Shown here piece after piece: positions 36,340 to 45,878 of a stretch of DNA of 64,000 nt. The stretch spans positions 1-64,000 of the IMG/VR virus record IMGVR_UViG_3300016263_001265; one strand, given 5' to 3'. The stretch comes from a virus. Its lineage: Duplodnaviria; Caudoviricetes. The number at the start of each line of letters is the position of its first letter. Within the stretch, counting starts at the first letter, position 1. Position numbers and translations under genes: made by a program. The notes beneath the pieces were generated by a model. The model had not been told where the DNA came from, made no database searches, and saw only the letters and a program-made list of their open reading frames with translations.

Positions 36340-37541
36340 CTAGTCCTGCATCTCAGGACCTTTAGGTCGTCCCATCCGTCTTTGCTTACAACAAGGGTAA
36401 GAATTCCCGCTGGGGCTTCAACGCCAGCCACCTCCTTGAACCACTGGGACCCACCATCAAGGCTTGGGGACTGGATGTGGGTCCTTGCACCGTGCGTTGC
36501 AACTGCAAGGTTGTGGTAGTGACCAGTAAGCAGCAGCGTCGCGTCTGAAACTGGCTGCATTCCAAGCGCCTGCCTTGCCCACCATCCCTCAATCTTCCCG
36601 ACGGCATTTCCGCCGCCCCGTTTTGCCTGATGCCCGTGGGCAAGCGCAACAATCGTACCGTAAACGTCAAGCGTGACGGTAAGATCATTTTTGGGAATTA
36701 TGAACTTGACGTGGCCATACGCCTCTTGGTTTGCATCAAGTATCTCGGCAACCTGCTCAAATACGGCAACGTCGTCGTTGTCACCAAAAGAGGTAAACGC
36801 CTTGCCGCCTTTCCTGTTTTCACCATGATTTCCAGGAACGCAGGCAACAAGAATTTCAGGGGCAAATCGCGACCACTGGGTAATCGCCTTTGTGATAAGC
36901 CTTCTTGCAACCGTTACCTGCTCTCTCCTGTCAAGGTCGGCCTGGAAGGCCTGCATGTCGTAGTGGCCATCGCAGTTCTCAATGATGTCACCGAGACCAA
37001 CAACCACCAGCTTGGAGAGCGGCGTACCAGACTTTCTAAGATCTTTCCACCTGGACTCGACCTCGTTGATGCCAGCAAGGAATCTCTCGACAATCTTCTT
37101 GCTACCGCCGCCTTCACCCTTTCCGAGCTGGAGGTCGGATATCGTAACCACGAGCGCAGAGCCGCCATCTTCTACAGACGGCCTTGAGAACTTGTGCTTT
37201 TTTATCTCGTCTATGATTTCTTTTACTTCTGCGCCTGACTCTGCCGTCTTTCTTACAACCTTTCCCTTCCACTGCCTATTGAGAACGCCAAGCGTGTCTC
37301 CCCAAACATTGAAAAGAACTGGCTCAACAACTTCAAACTTTTCTGGGTCAAGACCCCAGACCTTGAGTACGGTGCTCCAGTCTGGCGCATTTTCTGCTGG
37401 CATACCAGTGGTTGTGACAGTGCCTTCGTTTCCGTTCCACGTAACCCCTGGCTCCCAGCCCTCTGGGTGCTGTCTCTTTGGCCTTCTTTCAGCCTGCAGT
37501 TCTGTTTGTATTGCTTTTATCTCGTCTATCGGACTAGACAT
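36336..37541 (-). CDS. calcineurin-like metallophosphoesterase
   Basis: SDLQLGK, GLGDIIE, PGNHGE, AHGH and TGHYH motifs. Confidence 0.85.
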   Translation of the reverse strand: MSSPIDEIKAIQTELQAERRPKRQHPEGWEPGVTWNGNEGTVTTTGMPAENAPDWSTVLKVWGLDPEKFEVVEPVLFNVWGDTLGVLNRQWKGKVVRKTAESGAEVKEIIDEIKKHKFSRPSVEDGGSALVVTISDLQLGKGEGGGSKKIVERFLAGINEVESRWKDLRKSGTPLSKLVVVGLGDIIENCDGHYDMQAFQADLDRREQVTVARRLITKAITQWSRFAPEILVACVPGNHGENRKGGKAFTSFGDNDDVAVFEQVAEILDANQEAYGHVKFIIPKNDLTVTLDVYGTIVALAHGHQAKRGGGNAVGKIEGWWARQALGMQPVSDATLLLTGHYHNLAVATHGARTHIQSPSLDGGSQWFKEVAGVEAPAGILTLVVSKDGWDDLKVLRCRTS

Positions 37542-37780
37542 TATTCACACCTACATTCTTTCCTGCGATGACGGCCAAGCGTATGGGGCCTAGCGTCATG
37601 GCCGTTTTTGAGCAGCCACCTAGATATGGCAACAAGCTCTATTGTTGAATCTCCAAACGCACGTGTAAGAGCCTCCTTTTCATCGCCGCCGAGCGACTCG
37701 AAGATTAGCCCTACGCTGCATTGGGGCCCCTTCTTCTTGGGGCTCCTCCTCATTTCGTCCAAGATCTGATCTACGGACAT
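37541..37780 (-). CDS. small HTH-like protein
   Basis: Coupled to the phosphoesterase; basic. Confidence 0.6.
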   Translation of the reverse strand: MSVDQILDEMRRSPKKKGPQCSVGLIFESLGGDEKEALTRAFGDSTIELVAISRWLLKNGHDARPHTLGRHRRKECRCE

Positions 37781-37880
37781 GCTTTCTCCTTGTCTTTTCG
37801 GCAGGAAGATTCCTGCAGATGGATACTATCACGTATGCGTATACTTGTCCACATAGATACAAAAATGTGGTGGATATATA

Positions 37881-37912
37881 AGAGGCCCTGGCGGGGCGAC
37901 GCCAGGGCCTCT
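37881..37912. terminator. 13-bp perfect hairpin
   Basis: agaggccctggcg-gggcga-cgccagggcctct, downstream of the histone-like gene. Confidence 0.6.
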
Positions 37913-37937
37913 TGTGGTGGGGGCGCGGGACCCCCTG

Positions 37938-38087
37938 CTACCTACCGAAGATTCTGCTCAAGATTCCGCCGCTCTTAGCAGCCGCACTCTTCTTCTTTTC
38001 CGCCTTTTTCGTAGCTTTTGGGGCCGACTTCTTCTTTCCAGCAGCCTTCTTGCTAACCGGCTTCTTTGGAGCTTTCTTACCAGACAT
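37938..38087 (-). CDS. 49-aa Lys/Ala-rich histone-H1-like peptide (not in ORF track)
   Basis: MSGKKAPKKPVSKKAAGKKKSAPKATKKAEKKKSAAAKSGGILSRIFGR. Confidence 0.75.
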   Translation of the reverse strand: MSGKKAPKKPVSKKAAGKKKSAPKATKKAEKKKSAAAKSGGILSRIFGR

Positions 38088-38142
38088 TTCAGTGCCCTTT
38101 CACTTTATTACTACCAAGCGGTAGCAAGGCAAGTATACCAGA

Positions 38143-38526
38143 TTACTTCTTGTCTTCAACTTCGTCTGGGTCGTAGGCTTCGTTTGCCAGGCTCCCAGCC
38201 AGCTCGTCAGCAATGCCGTCACCGTCGGTATCAATGGCTGAACCGGCGATATGGGCAGTAGAGGCCTTTTCGGCGGCTACAGCCTTGGCCTTCCCAACCC
38301 CGAACTTGCCATCCTCTGGGTTCAGGGCGCGGACAATAACCTGCAGGCACGCGGCCAGACCGGCTGAAATGACCGTCCTGAAGTCCCCGCCACTGATGTC
38401 GAGAAGGGGAATGCCGAGACCCAAGGCAACCGCGATTGACGTTGCAATGAATGCGCGAGCTGCTTCCAGAAGCATTTCGTCAATACCGGTGTTGTCCTTA
38501 ATCCAAATTAGTGCGCTCTTAATCAT
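38143..38526 (-). CDS. putative holin
   Basis: Two TM helices, next to the peptidase. Confidence 0.65.
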   Translation of the reverse strand: MIKSALIWIKDNTGIDEMLLEAARAFIATSIAVALGLGIPLLDISGGDFRTVISAGLAACLQVIVRALNPEDGKFGVGKAKAVAAEKASTAHIAGSAIDTDGDGIADELAGSLANEAYDPDEVEDKK

Positions 38527-38539
38527 TTAATATCTCCTA

Positions 38540-39163
38540 TCACTTCTTCTCGATAATAATGACGTGCTTGAATGGCGGAGCGTTGTGCTCGCCCGACACG
38601 CGCTTTGAGTCGGCAATTGCCTTGAGCTGAGCCTCGGTCACATTGACCGCAAACTGCTCCTTGCCCTTGCCAGACCTTGTTGGGCAGGCCCACATCCAGC
38701 CCTCTACGGGGTCCCAAGCAGCCGCGGTCATATGACCATAGCCACTGGTAATGTGAGTCTTGTCTTTCTTTGCCCAATACTTGGCCCAACCGGCGTGCCA
38801 GGCGCTAACCTCAACCTCTTTCGGGTAGCCAATCGGCTGCTGGACCCACACAATCAGGGCGGCGCCCTTCTTGCAGCTGTTCACAACATCAGTCCAGTCC
38901 TTTGCCCATCTGGCGTTTGCGCCGAGCACTTTGGCGGTTTTCATAAGGTCGCCAAGTGAAGAGCCGTTGTCGGACACGCCCTGCTTGTCCTTATGCCCGG
39001 TTGCCTTCTCTTTGGCGGCAATACCATCGGCAGCAGAGTAGTCCTTGCCAGGGGCGTATTGGAACACCCACGAAACTGCGGCAGCCGTGCTGGACGGACC
39101 ACAGTCGTCTAGAATTCCGCCCTTTTCCTCATGATCAAGCTGAGACTTTACCTTGAACTTCAT
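38540..39163 (-). CDS. C39-like cysteine peptidase, putative endolysin
   Basis: Q...CGPSS.A, GH and (C)P motifs; next to the holin. Confidence 0.65.
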   Translation of the reverse strand: MKFKVKSQLDHEEKGGILDDCGPSSTAAAVSWVFQYAPGKDYSAADGIAAKEKATGHKDKQGVSDNGSSLGDLMKTAKVLGANARWAKDWTDVVNSCKKGAALIVWVQQPIGYPKEVEVSAWHAGWAKYWAKKDKTHITSGYGHMTAAAWDPVEGWMWACPTRSGKGKEQFAVNVTEAQLKAIADSKRVSGEHNAPPFKHVIIIEKK

Positions 39164-39221
39164 GAAAACCCCCTAACTAGAACCTCATTTGAGGCACTGT
39201 CATTTTACCAGCGGGTGGGGG

Positions 39222-42200
39222 CTATTTCCTGTTTTCCAGTTCTGCGATCTTTGATTCGGCCAAAGAAAGTCTTGCCCTTGCGTCCTTTAGCGAGGATATC
39301 AGCGCATATGCAATCTGATAGATGTCTATTCCGGCAATCGTATCTTTTGTTTTTGGCGTCATGGCAGAAGGAAGAACGGACGCAATCTCTTGCGCGATTA
39401 CGCCTATGGATACTCCCTCCTTTGAGGGGGTAAAGTACCCTTCTGACCTTACCTTTTCCAGATCCCACTCAAATGAGTATATGTTTATCTTGTCTATTGC
39501 CGAAGGGTCGATTTGATACAAAGATATGTTTTTCTTATAGTCTGCGTCAGAAAACGAGTTGCTTGTGCTCAATGTGCCCCTAATCAGCAGGCCGCCGGTT
39601 TCATTCAAGACCATGTTTTTTGTCAGCGATGACCCGTTCCACTCGCCAAATGTTACCGACTCTCCGCTCGGAACAGCAAAGTCACCCTCTGCACCAGAGG
39701 CGGAAACATACAGTGCTGGCGCCCCACTTGGGTTCAAGTTGACGTTTTGCATAACCGCATCAACGGCTGTTAGCGTACCTCCGTTGCTTACGTCAAAGTT
39801 GCCTCCTATTGACAAGGAACCGCCTGTAATCGTAATGTCAGATGCGGAAACCGCCCCAGCAGTGTCTACGGTGAATGCATCGTTGATGTTGATTGATCCG
39901 CCAGTAATAGAGCCACCTGTAACGTCAATATTTGCCGCCGTGACTGCACCTGAATTTGAAACCTGAAAATCACCGCTTCCAAAATTTATTCCGCCACCGG
40001 TTATTGTAATGTCACTCGCGGTTACCCTTCCGTCAAAGTCCACAGTGAAATTAGGGGAAGATATTGCAAGGTCGTCAACCTTGATTTCTACCGTTCCTGT
40101 GATTTGCGTCAAAGGAACAGAGCCGCTTGAGTTGCTTGTAAACCTGATGACTCTGCCGTTTGACACCGTACCGTTCGTGTCGGACTGCGGGGTGATGTCG
40201 CCAGCGGATAGATTAAACAGCCTTATAGTTCTTCCAGTTGTTGCCGATGCATACGGAGATATCGAGGTGAGTGAGACGGGCGTTGCCGCAGATGTCGCGT
40301 GCGTGTAGTTTATTGTCCTGTAGTTGTTGAACGAGCCACCGCTGGCAGATCCTGGCGTGACAAATGCGGCTGTCAGTCCTGATACAACCAGAGTCTTTCC
40401 GTTGTCAACTTTTGCCCCAGACAAAACCTGCGTATCAGACACTGGAACTAGTGCCACGGGCGAACCACCAGTTCCAGCAGATATTGGAAGTGTATAGGTT
40501 ACAGAACAGTAGTTTGTCGCGTACGCCGCAGTCGTTGTGGCAATGTTTATGTTTGAACCGGCAGCAAGATACACATAGAAGTTTTTCCCAGTGTCGGCAA
40601 TCCCAGACGCCGCTGTCAATGCAACGTTTGGCGTGTTTAGCGAGTATGTGAATGTGCTTGGATTGTTTCCAGAAGGAACGGTTGCAATAAACGATCCGCT
40701 GTACGGGACGGGCAGGCCGGTGATTTTCACCGTGTCGCCGCTCAATATACCATGCGCCATTGCCGTTGTTATTGTAACCACGTTGCTCGTGACTTGATAT
40801 GATATTATGCTTGCTCCGGTTCCAACAACCTTTTTCCCTCCGTTGTAGTCACTGGCGGCACCAGAAATAGAAACGTAGTCTCCGTTTTTAAATGCAACGG
40901 GGGTAGATGTAGAAAATATACCGTATCTTACCGGCGGAGTAGAGTCGTATACAGCGATTGCAAACGTGGCGACTGTATCTGATGGGGTATATGCCCATAC
41001 ACCTGGATCGTCTGATGTTGCTGTTGTCAGGGTTTTTGTTGCAAGTGCAATTGTTGCGTTTGTTCCGGAAGTGTTTGTTCCATGTTTGGAAAAACCAAGA
41101 AGTGAGTATCCTGCAGGTGGCGTTACCGAGGTGACGTTTACGTCGTCAATTGCAAGCCCGGTGAGGATGACTGCGTTCTGCGTTGATCCAGGAACAGTTA
41201 CAAGACCGGGATCAACAGTATTGCCAGTGTTGACATACGTAGAAAGAGCAATCGTTCTTCCGGAACCGCTAGACCTAAAGACCTGGGTTCTTGCGACTGT
41301 TGCGGTGCTTGTCCCGGTGACTACAAGGGTTGGAACCGTTACGCCCGATTGAACAGTGTAAGAAAACAGAGAAACAGAAGGATCTGATCCACCTGTATTT
41401 GATCCAACCTTTACCCACCCAACGCTTGTCGTTGCGTGCTGTGTTCCAGTGCTTTCGTCAGATGCAACCGCGCAAACAATGAGGTCTCCAACCTTGAGAT
41501 CTGCTGCCGCTGGAGGCGTAACCTGCACAGATGTCGTACCAGTTGCCTGAGTTGTCAAACCGGAAACCACGCTTATTGACGGAGGAACAGAAGAAATATT
41601 GAAAGCTTGCGTCCTTATGATTGGAGAGTCTGTCCTTGTTGCGGTAAAAACCCCGTCATACGGAGACCCAAGGCCAGAAACCACTATCGTCTCGTTTGCC
41701 GATATTCCGTGATACCTTGAAGTTCTTATCGTGGCAACGTTTGATACTCGGGAATAGTCTTCGACCGCAGATCCAAAGTCATGCGCTGTCCTGGTGCCAT
41801 TTATTCCGGCAGTTCCTGTTGCAAGGATTTCAACGGAGTCTCCAGAGACAACCGAATGGGGAGTCGTAGAAACAAGAGTTGCGTACGTGTCTTGTCCTTG
41901 CGTCGGGACAAGGTCTGTGCCGAGGGCAGTCGGTACTCCCTGCGCCTTGAGCGCAGTGGCGTTCAATATGCTTCCTATGGACGTGGCTGTCGTGTTGGCG
42001 TCTGTGTCTGCACCCGTTATTGTTACCGAGTTTCCAGAGTCAAAGGCGTGCCAGTTGAGCGTTCTTACCGACACGGCTGATCCCCACTTGGTTTTGTGGG
42101 TAACGTCTTCGTCGGTGTGCTCAGCCGGAACGTCGGTCAGATTCATCGACGTATCTATTCCAGTTATCGTCACAAGCTGACCAGGAGATATTGCGTGTTC

Positions 42201-45200
42201 CTGGTTAAGCGATATTGCTCCTGTGGTACCGTTTTTTGCCTTTCTTGAGGTTGGAACGCTTAGTTCAGATATCGTTCTCGCCCCGTCAAATCCAGTCCCG
42301 GCTCCAGCGATGTTGATGGTAAGCCCTGTCTCTGTAACACCATGTTCTCTTAGCGTCCAAACAGTCGCGTTGCTTCCGGATCTGTACTTGTAATAAAGGG
42401 TTCTTGTTCCAAGCGTTTCACCCCACCTGTTGTCTATGGTAATTTTCCCAGCCTTGAGTACCGATGCGTCTATTCCCGCAGCAGAAATAAGTCCCGTTGT
42501 GATAGAGCCAACAACAACGTCTGAGGTGTTGATTGCGTTTTCCCAGGTCGTTCCCCCAACGGCAACCTTCCGCAGGCCAGGCGGCGTTCCGCCAAGGTGA
42601 TACACGATCATTCCCTCTGGATATCTTGCCCTTAGCGCAGCACTGTTTGCTATGTCTGGCAAATCGCTTCCAGATATGATTTGAAGCGGTCTGAGGCTTG
42701 ATTCAAGTTTATCAATTGTTATAGATCCGTCTCCAATGTCAATTTGCGTTGCGTTGGGGGTTGTTGGATTTGTCGGATCTGAGTATTTACTGAATGTTCC
42801 ATCTGTTGATATGGCCCTTACCCTATATCGATACTGAAGAGCCGTTATCAAGCCAGTGTCGTTTGCATACGTTGCATTTGTGTTTTGAATTGTTCTAAAG
42901 TCGTTGAAGTTGTAGTAGGCATATCCGTCTACGTCTACGCTGTCTATTGTTCCGCTTTCCAGGCAAACGTATTCAAAGCTGTTTGTGTACGTTTGTGAAA
43001 CTACCCACTGGCCGTTTAAGGATAAAATGCTTTCGTCTTCTGAGTCTATCTCTATTCTAACTGTGTCATTTGCAACCATTCCGTGTGGAGTCTCTGTTTC
43101 AACCGTAACAGTTGATCCCGAGCGAGAAACGGTAGCTATTTCCTTGAATATTGCGTCTTGCCTTTGAAGCTCAAACGAAGAAAGGTTTTTGTTTATTTCA
43201 ACATCTTGATCAAATCTCCAGGAAAGAGATATCATTTTTTCGTTTGCGGAAACGGTCACATCCGTTGGTGTGTCCGGAACTGGCGGAACTGGATTTACAT
43301 CGTCAAGCTCTTTTATCTTTTCGCTCAGGCGTATAAACGCGCTTCTCTGAAGGCGGATGTCGCCGCCGACCGTGATCGTATAGACGACATCCATTCCCAT
43401 CATTCTCGCCTGCACCGACTTGACAATAAGCGGCTTGGCAACGCCAACAAGCGTCCACAGGAAAGGTATTACCTGGCCAACTTCAGGTACAGGGTAGGTT
43501 GAGCCAGATGCGCTTGATGGGCGCATCTCAAAGGTATACGATTCGATCGGCAAGCCGTTTTCTTTCCAGAAACCTTCTGCGGCAAGTTCTGCATCCTCAA
43601 GGGTTTCTACCCTTTCGTCGGTGATTGCCGCCTCAACTATCTTCCCGTTTGTTGCCCATATTCCTGGAACAAAGTCGTAGTCGACATACTGTACTGGATT
43701 TCCGCTGCCGTCTGTCAGCGCGACCTTGTTTCCGTTTTCGTCTTTTGTCCTGAAAACGGCGTACAGATGAAGCCTGTTTACCGATGCGCCAGACTCTACC
43801 GGGCTGCTTGGAACTTCCATCTCGTAAACTGGGACAGCGTATGAAACAGAGTCCTCAAAGTCGCCATATGCCATTTGGCCAGTAATTTCTATTGCACTCC
43901 AGTCGGTAAACGATGCAGATCCGTGTTGCTGGGTCGTGCATGTCCCCCTCAGGCCAAATGAAACAGCATTGGCAGGAACTTCAACAATCTTCCAGATTCT
44001 TTCCCAAGAATGAACCGATTCTCCAGTGAGGTTTCCTATATGAGTTGAACTTATCTCTGCCCCGGCAGAGTTGTACCAATCAACATATGCGCCCCATCTA
44101 TTTTGATGATCTGATACATGCCCCCTGACGGAAACAAAATACTTTTTCCCAACAGATGTAGGGACTCTTTTGTCTGTTGATGTCTCTATTGACGTGTTGG
44201 ACGTGCTTGATAGAACCGTGTATCCGTGGCCGTATGGGCCGCTTGTTGACGATTGCAACGAAAACCCAGAGGCGGTTGTCCACCCGTCGATGTTTCCATC
44301 GTACATCCCGTTGAACACAAGCTCTTTCGGAGTCTTTGCTCGATAGTGCAGTTTGCAAGAGTAGTTACCAGACCCGTCTAGCTGCCCCCTGTCTACCCAG
44401 TATTCTGCACCTGTTTTTTCTGATATGTAGTCAAGAACGTTCCTAACAGTTCTTCCTCCGTACTGCTCGGCATTTGCAGTATCGCTCTCTGGAAGATACG
44501 GGCTAAATCGATACTGCGTGTCTACTGCCTCAACTGCTGACGTAACGTCTAGCCCTATCTGGGAAAGCCAGGTTTTTTCAAAAAGACCGCCAAACACGGA
44601 AACCGGATATAGCCAACTTCTGATGTTGTCTTTTCCAACGCCAAGCCTGTAGTAGCCGCTGTCAAACCAGTTTCCGGAAAGAGTTTGCGTGCTGGCTGGA
44701 GTTGAGGCTGGCGAGGTCAGTTTGTACATTTCGCCGTCCGCGTATCCACGGGGTGATCCGTAGTAGATATCCTCTGGTGATTGCGTGGTCGAGTACGAGG
44801 ATATATATGCTGCGCCGCCAGACGATAGAATTGCGTTTGTTATTGAGGCGGCACCGTCTTCACCGTTGTTTTTGTATGTGATCCTGTTTTGCGCTGGAAC
44901 GCTGTTGATAACCACATAATCTTCAATCGCAACGGAAAATCCTGGAGTCTGAGGAATGCTAACAACAATCGGGTCTCCAACCGAAAGGCCGTGAGAAGAC
45001 TCTGTTTGAATTGTTACTATGTTTGAAGATCTTGATGCCGATGTTATCTTGATCGAAGAAAGAAGCGCCCTCGACTCTCTTGCCAGATAACTTTCGCTTG
45101 AAGACCCACTTCCGGCAGTTTTTACTATATAAATCCTGTGCCTATTTGCGTTTCCTGCGGTTTTCCACTTTACCTTGATGCTTTGAGTTGAGGTCCCGGC

Positions 45201-45878
45201 CGAAAGCGTAATTGTATACGGCTTTGTAACTGGACCAATTTGTGGCGCCTGACCGTCTCTTCCTGGGATTGTTGTTGACAGCGCTTGCGCCCTGATCTCA
45301 TATGTTCCGTCCGTAAGAGAGCCGCCAGTAGACTGCGATGTCGCCGAGAGACCGTCAACCTGGCCAACAACAGCAGGAAGGGCGCCAGCGAGGGTGTATG
45401 TCGTCTCTGTGCTGCCGGTGATGATATCAATGTCTCTCGAGTCTCTTGGCGCGTAATAGTCGGCAACAATGTGCTCTTCAAGCATCGCAGTGTTGTCGGC
45501 GCATTCAATATTCTGAGTTACCGTTCCACCTTCTCTTGATGTTGAAACCCTGGTGACCACGCCAGAAAACAAGACGGTGTCTGGAGATGTTGAGGTATCA
45601 AATATGATGACTTCTGTCTTGTTTGGGATTTCAATGACAAAAGACTCGTCAAGTATTGCCGCATTAAGCTTGTCTGCAAACGTCGCCCCAGAGTAGTCGT
45701 ATACCGTCCCTTGGTATGCTGGCAATATTGTCCACAGCTTTATCGTGGCTGTTGCGCTTGTTCCCTCGCTATTGCTTTCCCAGCTCAGGTTTTCGTAGTC
45801 GACGCGCGGGCTGATGTCATAGAAAGCCTGGGTCTGCCCCTCGTACTTAAGCCGAGCAAATATCTTTACCGTTGCCAT
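39222..45878 (-). CDS. giant minor tail / tail-tip / fibre protein with C-terminal S74-type chaperone
   Basis: Directly after the TMP; FN3- and CBM-like segments, repeated HG..GD.V.I modules, SD...KKNI...GVIAQE end. Confidence 0.85.
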   Translation of the reverse strand: MATVKIFARLKYEGQTQAFYDISPRVDYENLSWESNSEGTSATATIKLWTILPAYQGTVYDYSGATFADKLNAAILDESFVIEIPNKTEVIIFDTSTSPDTVLFSGVVTRVSTSREGGTVTQNIECADNTAMLEEHIVADYYAPRDSRDIDIITGSTETTYTLAGALPAVVGQVDGLSATSQSTGGSLTDGTYEIRAQALSTTIPGRDGQAPQIGPVTKPYTITLSAGTSTQSIKVKWKTAGNANRHRIYIVKTAGSGSSSESYLARESRALLSSIKITSASRSSNIVTIQTESSHGLSVGDPIVVSIPQTPGFSVAIEDYVVINSVPAQNRITYKNNGEDGAASITNAILSSGGAAYISSYSTTQSPEDIYYGSPRGYADGEMYKLTSPASTPASTQTLSGNWFDSGYYRLGVGKDNIRSWLYPVSVFGGLFEKTWLSQIGLDVTSAVEAVDTQYRFSPYLPESDTANAEQYGGRTVRNVLDYISEKTGAEYWVDRGQLDGSGNYSCKLHYRAKTPKELVFNGMYDGNIDGWTTASGFSLQSSTSGPYGHGYTVLSSTSNTSIETSTDKRVPTSVGKKYFVSVRGHVSDHQNRWGAYVDWYNSAGAEISSTHIGNLTGESVHSWERIWKIVEVPANAVSFGLRGTCTTQQHGSASFTDWSAIEITGQMAYGDFEDSVSYAVPVYEMEVPSSPVESGASVNRLHLYAVFRTKDENGNKVALTDGSGNPVQYVDYDFVPGIWATNGKIVEAAITDERVETLEDAELAAEGFWKENGLPIESYTFEMRPSSASGSTYPVPEVGQVIPFLWTLVGVAKPLIVKSVQARMMGMDVVYTITVGGDIRLQRSAFIRLSEKIKELDDVNPVPPVPDTPTDVTVSANEKMISLSWRFDQDVEINKNLSSFELQRQDAIFKEIATVSRSGSTVTVETETPHGMVANDTVRIEIDSEDESILSLNGQWVVSQTYTNSFEYVCLESGTIDSVDVDGYAYYNFNDFRTIQNTNATYANDTGLITALQYRYRVRAISTDGTFSKYSDPTNPTTPNATQIDIGDGSITIDKLESSLRPLQIISGSDLPDIANSAALRARYPEGMIVYHLGGTPPGLRKVAVGGTTWENAINTSDVVVGSITTGLISAAGIDASVLKAGKITIDNRWGETLGTRTLYYKYRSGSNATVWTLREHGVTETGLTINIAGAGTGFDGARTISELSVPTSRKAKNGTTGAISLNQEHAISPGQLVTITGIDTSMNLTDVPAEHTDEDVTHKTKWGSAVSVRTLNWHAFDSGNSVTITGADTDANTTATSIGSILNATALKAQGVPTALGTDLVPTQGQDTYATLVSTTPHSVVSGDSVEILATGTAGINGTRTAHDFGSAVEDYSRVSNVATIRTSRYHGISANETIVVSGLGSPYDGVFTATRTDSPIIRTQAFNISSVPPSISVVSGLTTQATGTTSVQVTPPAAADLKVGDLIVCAVASDESTGTQHATTSVGWVKVGSNTGGSDPSVSLFSYTVQSGVTVPTLVVTGTSTATVARTQVFRSSGSGRTIALSTYVNTGNTVDPGLVTVPGSTQNAVILTGLAIDDVNVTSVTPPAGYSLLGFSKHGTNTSGTNATIALATKTLTTATSDDPGVWAYTPSDTVATFAIAVYDSTPPVRYGIFSTSTPVAFKNGDYVSISGAASDYNGGKKVVGTGASIISYQVTSNVVTITTAMAHGILSGDTVKITGLPVPYSGSFIATVPSGNNPSTFTYSLNTPNVALTAASGIADTGKNFYVYLAAGSNINIATTTAAYATNYCSVTYTLPISAGTGGSPVALVPVSDTQVLSGAKVDNGKTLVVSGLTAAFVTPGSASGGSFNNYRTINYTHATSAATPVSLTSISPYASATTGRTIRLFNLSAGDITPQSDTNGTVSNGRVIRFTSNSSGSVPLTQITGTVEIKVDDLAISSPNFTVDFDGRVTASDITITGGGINFGSGDFQVSNSGAVTAANIDVTGGSITGGSININDAFTVDTAGAVSASDITITGGSLSIGGNFDVSNGGTLTAVDAVMQNVNLNPSGAPALYVSASGAEGDFAVPSGESVTFGEWNGSSLTKNMVLNETGGLLIRGTLSTSNSFSDADYKKNISLYQIDPSAIDKINIYSFEWDLEKVRSEGYFTPSKEGVSIGVIAQEIASVLPSAMTPKTKDTIAGIDIYQIAYALISSLKDARARLSLAESKIAELENRK

